Source: Candidatus Methanophagaceae archaeon (GTDB taxonomy: Archaea > Halobacteriota > Syntropharchaeia > Alkanophagales > Methanospirareceae). Taken from it: a stretch of DNA of 32,000 nucleotides. Every line of letters begins with the position of its first letter. Position 1 is the stretch's first letter. The stretch spans positions 190,444 to 222,443 of the forward strand of contig PQXB01000001.1 in the NCBI GenBank assembly GCA_003194425.1. The letters run 5' to 3'. Both the position numbers and the translations under genes were made by a program. The notes beneath the pieces were generated by a model. That model saw nothing but the letters and a program-made list of their open reading frames with translations. It had not been told where the DNA came from and ran no database searches. This document shows positions 1-6,984 of the stretch, one piece after another.

Positions 1-411
1 TGCCCACGCCAAATGCTCGCCTTTTTTCGGCAGGTCACCCCCACCAAGCAGGTAAGGGACGCAGGTGCATTCTGCGGAGACGCCCAGACTCTTGTAAGCC
101 GCGAGCACCGCCAGCTGCTTCTTCGCAAACGGCTCTAAAACGCCCATTTCCCGCCATTTCTCCTTTTCCAAATCCATTCCGACGGGATTTAGAGTGCTTT
201 CAACCGCTACCCTGCCTTCAAGACTGTTGATGAACTCAAAGGCGTCGCCGATGGTCTTGTAGGACGCGCCCGACAAGTGTGCGGTCTTTATCGGAATTAG
301 CATTGAGGCGTCGTTTATTTCGCCGATTGCGACGAGGATTTCCATCGCCTTCTGCCTCGTCCAGCCCGCCTCCCCTTCGTAAATCCGCTCTTCTTCTCTC
401 GTGAGGTGCAT
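1..411 (-). CDS. Aconitase X catalytic-domain protein (DUF521; phosphomevalonate-dehydratase large-subunit-like). Only the N-terminal 137 codons are present, and the gene continues past the window start.
   Basis: Absent from the ORF track because it runs off the edge. Manual minus-strand translation from the ATG at 411-409 gives MHLTREEERIYEGEAGWTRQKAMEILVAIGEINDASMLIPIKTAHLSGASYKTIGDAFEFINSLEGRVAVESTLNPVGMD... This matches the conserved DUF521/AcnX N-terminus as I remember it. Confidence 0.65.
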   Translation of the reverse strand, partial: MHLTREEERIYEGEAGWTRQKAMEILVAIGEINDASMLIPIKTAHLSGASYKTIGDAFEFINSLEGRVAVESTLNPVGMDLEKEKWREMGVLEPFAKKQLAVLAAYKSLGVSAECTCVPYLLGGGDLPKKGEHLAWA

Positions 412-530
412 TTTCTTGTTGCTAGAAAAGTAGTCGATAACTATTTGGGCTTCCCTCCTTCACGCCTAAATACGCTAGCTTCTTGCTGCTCCTACCTTCC
501 TGTCTTCTCTTCCTTGTCCTCTTTCTGCAT

Positions 531-971
531 TTAACTCGAATTCCTCTTCCCCTCCCAATCTACTTGAACCTCTACCTCCACCTCTGTCTTTGGCACGGTC
601 TGCTCTCTAAAATACTCGGCATCAAATTCTACACGAACTGCACCCTTTGGAAGCAAATCTGCACCTTCTACCACCCTTTTTCTAACCACGCTGTCGTGTG
701 CAGCGTCTGTAAATATCAGAGTTACTGTCACATTTTTTGCCTCTTTATCTCCGATGTTCCAGACCTCTCCCTGCACTTTCACGCTCTCCATTCCGCTGAC
801 GCTGAGGTTCTCTGCTGCTCCCTGTGTAGCTCCCTGTGTAGTAACAACATCATAAGCAATGTTCACTTCGCTCTCTCTTTCTTCTCTGATTTGGAGGAAA
901 AGGAGAACACCACAAAAAATAATCCCCGCTATCACCACACCAAGTACAAATCTCTTGATTTTACGCTCCAT
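531..971 (-). CDS. Membrane-anchored hypothetical protein with a beta-rich ectodomain (CARDB/FxLYD-like)
   Basis: Track ORF of 146 aa. It has an N-terminal TM anchor (FVLGVVIAGIIFCGVLLFL) followed by a beta-strand-like domain (VKVQGEVWNIGDKEAKNVTVTLIFTD...). Its ATG lies 3 nt after the stop of the upstream small ORF. Confidence 0.5.
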   Translation of the reverse strand: MERKIKRFVLGVVIAGIIFCGVLLFLQIREERESEVNIAYDVVTTQGATQGAAENLSVSGMESVKVQGEVWNIGDKEAKNVTVTLIFTDAAHDSVVRKRVVEGADLLPKGAVRVEFDAEYFREQTVPKTEVEVEVQVDWEGKRNSS

Positions 972-973
972 TT

Positions 974-1123
974 TTATTCTCCTTTTCTTCTATTGATATT
1001 GTACAAACCCACATATTCCAAGAAACCTTTATTTGTTTTATGTTTCGCCAAATACACTATGAATGGAATAAGCGTAGCTAATAAAAGTTGAGATATTGTA
1101 TTTACGATTTCTTGAACTAACAT
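974..1123 (-). CDS. Small single-pass membrane protein, 49 aa, no family recognised
   Basis: This is the inner part of the 69-aa track ORF: MLVQEIVNTISQLLLATLIPFIVYLAKHKTNKGFLEYVGLYNINRRKGE. Its ATG (1123-1121) sits 1 nt after the TGA (1127-1125) of the upstream gene and follows a G-rich Shine-Dalgarno-like run. It contains one hydrophobic helix. Confidence 0.35.
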   Translation of the reverse strand: MLVQEIVNTISQLLLATLIPFIVYLAKHKTNKGFLEYVGLYNINRRKGE

Positions 1124-1124
1124 C

Positions 1125-2015
1125 TCAGCCCCCCCTTTTTCTCGGCTTACCTGTCTTAATAATCGCGTAAACCAACCCCGCAATCACGCTTATCGCTAAT
1201 ATCGGCAGGGGGAAGAAAGCGAAACCGAAACCTTCCGCTGAGCTGTGAAAGTCAAAAATCGTGAAGAGACTTTTCGCGGGTCCGATTGTAAAAGATTCTA
1301 CTCCCAAAATATCAAGAGCCATTGGCGCTGTTCCCATCAGAAGCCCCAGCGCAAAAAAACAGAGAATAAATACTTTGAAAAATTTGGAGGCAAATCCTGT
1401 TGCAGAGATATTCAGGAGCTTGTCTGTTTCTCTGCCATAAATTATCAGCCCGTTTTTTCGGTCTTCCAGCAATACTTCTTTCGGATATCTCAGCACGTTA
1501 CGGGTCACCCACAGATCGCCCACCGCTCCGGAAGCGTTTACTACAAGCGGTAGCAGGATCCAGTGCGCAACCGAAGGGAAAGCAGCCATTAAACCAATCC
1601 CCGCCAGAGAAATCACGACCAACGGCGCAATCGCGATCACAATGAACTGGTTGCGTCGAAAAGCAGTTTTTGTTGTGGCGTAGAAATAGGGGAGGATGAA
1701 ATATGCAATGCCCGCGCCGTAACTCGGCTTGCCACCATATTTTGTCATAAATACGCCGTGAATGAGTTCGTGCAGCACCAGTGTGCCAATGAAGAGTGCT
1801 GCTGAAATGAGAATTGTGCCGCCGCTCGTGAAGTCAAAGTTAAAGCCAACTTTCCCTGTAAATTGAGAATAGAGTGCAGTGAAAAAAAATGCAAACGCAA
1901 ACAGAGCCAATGTCCCCACCCCAATTAGCGTAACTACAACCTCTTTTGACATCTCCAACCTGCCAAGCTCTTTACGCCCGTCAACGTCAAGGTTGAGTGG
2001 TTGTTGTTCTTTCAT
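1125..2015 (-). CDS. Polytopic membrane protein with an HExxH motif (DUF3267-like putative zincin peptidase)
   Basis: The track ORF is 1125..2051 with a GTG start. I prefer the ATG at 2015 (MKEQQPLNLD...). It has several TM helices and HELIHG embedded next to a helix, as in DUF3267 family proteins. Confidence 0.55.
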   Translation of the reverse strand: MKEQQPLNLDVDGRKELGRLEMSKEVVVTLIGVGTLALFAFAFFFTALYSQFTGKVGFNFDFTSGGTILISAALFIGTLVLHELIHGVFMTKYGGKPSYGAGIAYFILPYFYATTKTAFRRNQFIVIAIAPLVVISLAGIGLMAAFPSVAHWILLPLVVNASGAVGDLWVTRNVLRYPKEVLLEDRKNGLIIYGRETDKLLNISATGFASKFFKVFILCFFALGLLMGTAPMALDILGVESFTIGPAKSLFTIFDFHSSAEGFGFAFFPLPILAISVIAGLVYAIIKTGKPRKRGG

Positions 2016-2120
2016 CTTAATCCTCTTGTACAAGCCCCATCCACGCCACACCAGAATAAAATTTTCTAAATATTTGCCTTTTTGTCAGACATAAAAAGAT
2101 AAATAAGAATATACCCCTCT

Positions 2121-2756
2121 TTGAGATGCAAATTCATTTTGAAGGTTGCAGGAGGCTTCGTGGGCTTGGTCTTCTTTGCCGGCGTAATTTCGGTGGACGG
2201 GAGCGGAGCGGGTGGGGTAGGCGGTGCGAGCCTGCTGCTGCCGCTGTGCGTTGGCGGCGGGGTCTTCTTGGGTCTCGGTGCGGTCATTTTGTGGGTAGTC
2301 TGGACAGCAGAATCGCGTTCCACCAACTTCCTCGCCAAGATCCCTTTTGCTTTCGTGCGGCGGTTTGAAGCGGAGTTTCAAAAAATGAAGGAGAAGAGTT
2401 TTTCAATACGCGAGACCGTTCCTCTTATTCTCGTAATTTACTTTGTCTGTTGGGTTCTTCTTGCAGTTCAGTGGCAACTCATCGGTTTGTCGCTTGGCGT
2501 GACGGCGGCGGAGTTGGGGTTTTTAGCCTACTTCCTTCTGCACCCGTTGATCACGATTCTGCGGTTCGTTCCTGTAACCGTCTCGGGGTTGGGGCTGATG
2601 GAAGGTGCGACCGCGGTAGTGTTTGAGTTGCTCGGCGTAGGACCTGCAGTAGGTCTCTCTTTTGCTTTGTTAGTGCGGTTGAATATGATTTTGGTGGACT
2701 GCGTGGGGCTGAAAGGAGTTTTTTCGTCAGAGTTCAGACTCAAAAATAACGCTTAA
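2121..2756 (+). CDS. Flippase-like (UPF0104 / LPG_synthase_TM family) membrane protein, short form or 5'-truncated
   Basis: TTG-start ORF of 211 aa with multiple TM helices. The C-terminal core RFVPVTVSGLGLMEGATAVVFELLGVGPAVGLSFALLVRL resembles the conserved GlG-x-E core of the family. Typical members are about 100 aa longer. Confidence 0.45.
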   Translation: MRCKFILKVAGGFVGLVFFAGVISVDGSGAGGVGGASLLLPLCVGGGVFLGLGAVILWVVWTAESRSTNFLAKIPFAFVRRFEAEFQKMKEKSFSIRETVPLILVIYFVCWVLLAVQWQLIGLSLGVTAAELGFLAYFLLHPLITILRFVPVTVSGLGLMEGATAVVFELLGVGPAVGLSFALLVRLNMILVDCVGLKGVFSSEFRLKNNA

Positions 2757-3660
2757 TCCGCGGGTAAAAAAAGACCAGCAGCGGAACGAGAAACAGCAGA
2801 CCTACCCCCACTTTACCAGCGACCGAACCGTGAAAGAGTAGAATAAACAGAACCGGCTCCTCTCCTCCCCGCAGTTCAAACATACACGGGAAGGCGTCTG
2901 CCATTAGTTCTTCGGTTAGATTGAGAGCCTCCGCGTAAGAGCCTCCTCCTTCGTCCGCGGTTGGTGGTGCGAACGCGGAGACGCGAATCATTGTAAAGTT
3001 CTCTGAAAATGAGGACTCTTTCAAATAAAAATACAGCACGACCTTCCGCTCGGTTACCTCTCCTAAATCTCCTTTTTTCTTCGCGACCACGAGTTTCTTT
3101 ACCGAGATTGTGCCGTTGAAACAGCCTAACTCCTCTTTTTTACTCTCCCAGCTGCTGTACAAAGGACGTTCTGCCCAACTCGCGTTCGGCACCGCTAAAC
3201 GCACTTTCCCCTCCTCCTCAATCTCGTAGCCCATCGCGGGGTAGCAGACAATTGGGGGGTGAAAACTCGTGCGGTTGCTGGACTGCACGATCAGGAAGAA
3301 GACGGGCTGCTGCGCTTTTGCGTGCCAGTAGTCGCGCATAAGCATAACATCCGCACCAAGGTTGGCGGCAACTCGGCTCGTGTCAAGGTCTGATGTCATC
3401 CCGCGCCAGTCGCCAATTTTCATCGGAAAAGCACGAATGTGCTCGCTGCTTCCGAGGTCCAGCCTCGCTCTTACCGTTACCGCGTCGTTGGTAGCGTGCG
3501 AGAGCTCGGTGTCAATCGTGGTGATATTTTTGGCGAGGAGCAGTGAGGGAGAAGAAAAAAGCAGAATGAGAACGAGAGAGAGCAGAAGAAGCCCGATTAA
3601 TTTTGAATACTCCTCGACGAAATCTTTTTCTTGCTCCTTCTTCTCTCCTCCTTCTTGCAC
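2740..3660 (-). CDS. EpsI-like (DUF3485, exosortase/archaeosortase-associated) membrane-anchored protein
   Basis: GTG-start ORF of 306 aa with an N-terminal signal anchor. The motifs PMKIGDWRG and SFHPPIVCYPAMGYEIE match the EpsI hallmark (ig.W.g ... H.P..C..g.G). There is a C-terminal TM helix. Its 3' end overlaps the convergent gene by 17 nt. Confidence 0.6.
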   Translation of the reverse strand: MQEGGEKKEQEKDFVEEYSKLIGLLLLSLVLILLFSSPSLLLAKNITTIDTELSHATNDAVTVRARLDLGSSEHIRAFPMKIGDWRGMTSDLDTSRVAANLGADVMLMRDYWHAKAQQPVFFLIVQSSNRTSFHPPIVCYPAMGYEIEEEGKVRLAVPNASWAERPLYSSWESKKEELGCFNGTISVKKLVVAKKKGDLGEVTERKVVLYFYLKESSFSENFTMIRVSAFAPPTADEGGGSYAEALNLTEELMADAFPCMFELRGGEEPVLFILLFHGSVAGKVGVGLLFLVPLLVFFYPRIKRYF

Positions 3661-3895
3661 CTTCCACCCTCACCTCACCTAGGAATTCGATTAAAAGATT
3701 TGGTGACTTTACTGCTCCTACTGCTCTTCATCGTAAATGTAGCAGTCGTGCTCCCTCCCGCTGACACCTTCTCTCTCGACAAATCCAACGCATTTTCACA
3801 AGGGCGAACCAAAAGTGAAGACCTTTCTCCTCGCCTTTCCGAGACCAGACAGTGCATTTTACTAACCTTTTTTCACCTTAAAATATTTCCTCTTC

Positions 3896-3927
3896 AAAAA
3901 ATAAAAACAGGGGGTGGAACGCCCCCC
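3896..3927 (-). terminator. Stem-loop plus oligo-T tract downstream of the beta-helix gene
   Basis: The minus strand reads GGGGGGCGTTCCACCCCC followed by TGTTTTTATTTTTTG, about 34 nt after the stop at 3961-3963. It is a G/C stem (3910-3914 pairing within 3922-3927) followed by a T-run, which is typical of archaeal termination. Confidence 0.4.
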
Positions 3928-3960
3928 TTTTCTTCTCTCTCCTTCTCTGCCTTTCCTTTT

Positions 3961-5553
3961 CTACTTCTTCTCCCTTCTCCGCTGTCCGAGCAAGAAGTAG
4001 CCCACGACCCCGAGCAGCCCCGCCGAGAACAGCACCACCGTCGGCAACTCCGGAACCGGCGCACACGGCACTGGACCAGACTTGTAGCCACTGAAGTCCA
4101 CTTCCCCTTTTCCCGCATTCTCGTCGTTGTCGTAAATGCTTGCATCTATTTTCGCCGCGTTTGTCGTGCCCCAGTAGTTGTTCTTCGCCGTTACTGCGTC
4201 TGACTGGTCGTTGTAGAAGTTCCACTCGTACCCCTCGCTCGTTCCGTTGTAGTTCCCGTTCACTAAAATGTTGTTCTGCGCGATTGTGTTCCCTGTGCTT
4301 CCGCCTGATAAGTGGAACCCTGCCTGCTTGTTGGCTTGCACCCTGTTGCACGAAATGTTGTTGCCGTCCGTGTTCCAGAGCCGGATGCCTTGCTTGTTGT
4401 TCTCGTTCGCGGTGTTGCCGGTCAGAGTGTTGTAGTTCGAATAATCCAGAAAGATGCCGTCCCAGTTGTTGTAGTTAGCGGTGTTGCTGGTAAGGGTGTT
4501 GTTGCTCGAAGAATCCAGCTCGATGCCGTCGTCGTTGTTGTAGTTAGCGGTGTTGCTGGTAAGGGTGTTGTTGCTCGAAGAATTCAGCCAGATGCCGTCG
4601 TCGTTGTTGTAGTTAGCGGTGTTGCCGGTCAGAGTGTTGTAGTTCGAATAATCCAGCAGGATGCCGTCCCAGTTGTTCTCGTTCGCGGTGTTGCTGGTAA
4701 GGGTGTTGTAGTTCGAATAATCCAGCAGGATGCCGTCGTCGTTGTTGTAGTTAGCGGAGTTGCTGGTAAGGGTGTTGTAGTTCGAATAATCCAGCCAGAT
4801 GCCGTCCCAGTCGTTCTGGTTAGCAGTGTTGCTGGTAAGAGTGTTGTTGCTCGAATAATCCAGCCAGATGCCGACCCAGTTGTTGTAGTTAGCGGTGTTG
4901 CTGGTAAGGGTGTTGTTGCTCGAAGAATCCAGCAGGATGCCGTCGTCGTTGTTGTAGTTAGCGGTGTTGCTGGTAAGGGTGTTGTTGCTCGAATAATCCA
5001 GCTCGATGCCCCAGTCGTTCTGGTTAGCAGTGTTGTTCGTTAGCTCGTTGTTGCTTGAATCCTGCAGGTAGATGCCGAACCAGCTGTTTTTCGAGCAGTT
5101 GTTCTCAGAGATCTTGCAGTGCTGCACGCCGTTGAGGGTAATCCCTGCTATCCAGCCACCACTTGTCGCTCCGGTCGCCGTGAACCCTGAGATGTTCACC
5201 CAGTCCGCGGTCACTTCAAAGACGTCGTCGCTTGAACTTGCCGCGGTCACTGTCACCTTGTCCTTGCCTTCGCCCTCTAGCGTGAGGTGTGCTGTCCCCA
5301 CGTTCACGTTCTCGTTGTAACTCCCGTTGTAAACAAAGACGGTGTCGCCGCTGGTTGCTGCGTTCACTGCGTTCTGAATTGTTGCGTAGTCGCACCCTAT
5401 TGCGCAGACGGTGTAAGTCGCTGCGTTCGCTGTTCCCACAACTACCGCGGCGACTGCGCAAAGGGCAAGCGTAAAGGCAAAAAAGAAACCCATTGCAGAC
5501 GCTGCCACCGCGGTATTTTCCTTCTTTCCTAATCCGTTTTTTCCTTTTCGCAT
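3961..5553 (-). CDS. Secreted right-handed beta-helix (NosD/PbH1-repeat) surface protein with an archaeosortase-type C-terminal sorting signal
   Basis: 530 aa with a signal peptide (..AAVVVGTANA/ATYTV). About eleven 22-23-aa repeats follow the pattern TSNTANYNNDDGILLDSSSNNTL. The C-terminal tripartite signal is PVPELP - TVVLFSAGLLGVVGYFLLG - QRRREKK, which is PEF/PGF-CTERM-like. Confidence 0.85.
   Translation of the reverse strand: MRKGKNGLGKKENTAVAASAMGFFFAFTLALCAVAAVVVGTANAATYTVCAIGCDYATIQNAVNAATSGDTVFVYNGSYNENVNVGTAHLTLEGEGKDKVTVTAASSSDDVFEVTADWVNISGFTATGATSGGWIAGITLNGVQHCKISENNCSKNSWFGIYLQDSSNNELTNNTANQNDWGIELDYSSNNTLTSNTANYNNDDGILLDSSSNNTLTSNTANYNNWVGIWLDYSSNNTLTSNTANQNDWDGIWLDYSNYNTLTSNSANYNNDDGILLDYSNYNTLTSNTANENNWDGILLDYSNYNTLTGNTANYNNDDGIWLNSSSNNTLTSNTANYNNDDGIELDSSSNNTLTSNTANYNNWDGIFLDYSNYNTLTGNTANENNKQGIRLWNTDGNNISCNRVQANKQAGFHLSGGSTGNTIAQNNILVNGNYNGTSEGYEWNFYNDQSDAVTAKNNYWGTTNAAKIDASIYDNDENAGKGEVDFSGYKSGPVPCAPVPELPTVVLFSAGLLGVVGYFLLGQRRREKK
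4405..5091. repeat. Tandem array of about eleven 69-bp units (one unit is 66 bp) inside the beta-helix gene
   Basis: Unit starts (GTTAGCGG / GTTCGCGG) were counted at 4405, 4474, 4543, 4612, 4681, 4750, 4819, 4888, 4957 and 5023. Adjacent units share long identical stretches such as GTGTTGCTGGTAAGGGTGTTGTTGCTCGAAGAAT. Confidence 0.9.
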
Positions 5554-5574
5554 TTTTTTGTCAAGATTATTTTA

Positions 5575-5968
5575 GGTGTAGGTCTTAAAAAGGTTTTTGA
5601 TTTTTTGCGTTAGTCTTACTTGCTTCTTACCATTTATCCAACGCTTAATTTTGTCCCTCTTCGATTCAGGCTCTAATTCTAATTCTCAAAATCAGGACGC
5701 TCGGCAATAACTAATACAGATCTCCTCTTTTCTCCAGAATCGGTGTAGAGGTATTTGAACAACACAATTAAGTCACAACTTTCGTCCTTGAGCCGTCCAA
5801 CCAGTTGGTCCACTTCAGAGTTGTTAAGAACGGTTTTTTACTCGAACCTTGCAGCACTTGACCTACCACGCAGACTTATTTAATCACAGAATCACAGAGC
5901 CTGGAGCTTGTGGAGCACTCCAGGGTGTCCCTGCTTTTCTCGTTCCTAACTGCTGCGTCTTCTTCCAT
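5575..5968 (-). pseudogene. Decayed tyrosine recombinase (XerA/phage-integrase-like) relic
   Basis: Manual minus-strand translation gives three pieces. (i) 5968-5876: MEEDAAVRNEKSRDTLECSTSSRLCDSVIK*. (ii) 5837-5682: KTVLNNSEVDQLVGRLKDESCDLIVLFKYLYTDSGEKRRSVLVIAERPDFEN*. (iii) In the +1 frame, 5685-5575: ELELEPESKRDKIKRWINGKKQVRLTQKIKNLFKTYT*. These resemble the XerA segments GKSRNTV..Y, LTEEEV...DRLILLLLY.aGLRvSEl..L...DvnFE and I.v.GKggK.R.Vpl...l...l..Yl. The catalytic C-terminal half (HxxR and Tyr) is missing, and there are stops and an internal deletion. Confidence 0.4.
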
Positions 5969-6069
5969 TTTCAACCAGGCACCTCCTAATCAACTAATCA
6001 TCCCAGGGGCTTACTTATCCAAGCAAGCTCATTCCTCAAATCTGTTAATCTTTAGACTTGTTATTTATA

Positions 6070-6984
6070 TTAAAGTGGAGGAATATCTTTACCAAGCCTC
6101 CCAATTGCGTCCGCACGGCAGTGCCGGCAGTGCGTCATCTCCTTCACGAACTCGCTGCACTTCTCCTGAATCGCCCGCTTCTCCTGCGGTGTCGGGGGTT
6201 TAATGTGTGCGAACTTGAACTGAGGGATGAGCGGAATAATGTTCTGCATATAAACGCCCAGCTCCGCTGCCTTCTTCGCAACCTCAACCACGTGCTGGTC
6301 GTTCACGCCAGGAACGAGAACCGTGTTCACCTTCACCAGAATCTTCCGCTTCACCGCCTCCTCGATGCCTTTCAACTGGTTCTTGAGCAGCACTTCAGCC
6401 GCCTCCTGCCCCTCGTATTTTTTACCGCGGTAGTTCACGAACGAGTAGATTTCCTTGCCGACCGCGGGGTCGACGGCGTTCAGTGTTACGGTTACAGTCC
6501 CAACGCCCAGCTCTTCGATCTCCTCAATCCGGTCTGGCAGCAGCAGCCCGTTCGTGCTCAGGCACCGCATTAGCCGCGGGAACTCCTCCTTCACGAGCCG
6601 GAAGGTCTCGAAAGTCGCCTCGTTGAAGAGTGGCTCCCCTGGTCCTGCGACCGCGACGACCTTGATGTAGTGCACCTTCTTTAAAACCTCCCTCACCCGC
6701 TCCAGCGCTTCCTCCGGCGTCAACACCTTGCTCGTCACCCCAGGTCGCGACTCGTTCACGCAGTCGAATTTCCGAACGCAGTAGTTGCACTGAATGTTGC
6801 ACTTCGGGGCTACGGGGAGGTGCATTCTCCCGAAGAAGTGGCAGGCGTTCTCGCTGAAGCAGGGGTGTTCTTGGATTTTCCGCAGTTGCTCGGGGTCCCA
6901 CTGAATTTCCCTGCCCTCTACTTCGGTTACTCGCGGGGCGGAGGGGGTGGGTCTCCCGCCCCTACTCCCCTCTTCTGCGCTCAC
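6070..6984 (-). CDS. nifB: NifB-type radical SAM protein (stand-alone SAM domain, archaeal minimal form)
   Basis: 304 aa. The signature is HPCFSENACHFFGRMHLPVAPKCNIQCNYCVRKFDCVNESRPGVTSKVLTPEEA, and the C-terminus is HCRHCRADAIGRLG. Its ATG overlaps the stop of the upstream gene (6981-6984). Confidence 0.8.
   Translation of the reverse strand: MSAEEGSRGGRPTPSAPRVTEVEGREIQWDPEQLRKIQEHPCFSENACHFFGRMHLPVAPKCNIQCNYCVRKFDCVNESRPGVTSKVLTPEEALERVREVLKKVHYIKVVAVAGPGEPLFNEATFETFRLVKEEFPRLMRCLSTNGLLLPDRIEEIEELGVGTVTVTLNAVDPAVGKEIYSFVNYRGKKYEGQEAAEVLLKNQLKGIEEAVKRKILVKVNTVLVPGVNDQHVVEVAKKAAELGVYMQNIIPLIPQFKFAHIKPPTPQEKRAIQEKCSEFVKEMTHCRHCRADAIGRLGKDIPPL

Noticed and set aside
3675-3857. A 60-aa minus-strand ORF, and overlapping plus-strand ORFs, in the EpsI/beta-helix spacer
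   Set aside because: It has no SD or promoter context and no recognisable motif. The region is better explained as a terminator (3896-3927) plus the promoter of the EpsI-like gene.
4312-5043. 243-aa plus-strand ORF (VVVVSGVAGKGVV repeats) and other ORFs antisense to the beta-helix gene
   Set aside because: This is a shadow ORF on the opposite strand of a well-supported repeat gene. Its periodicity only mirrors the 69-bp repeats, and it has no start context or recognisable fold.
6070-6984. Interpreting NifB as evidence that this organism fixes nitrogen
   Set aside because: No nifH, nifD, nifK, nifE or nifN lies in the window, and the gene is embedded in an oxidative-stress operon. Diazotrophy cannot be inferred from this sequence alone.
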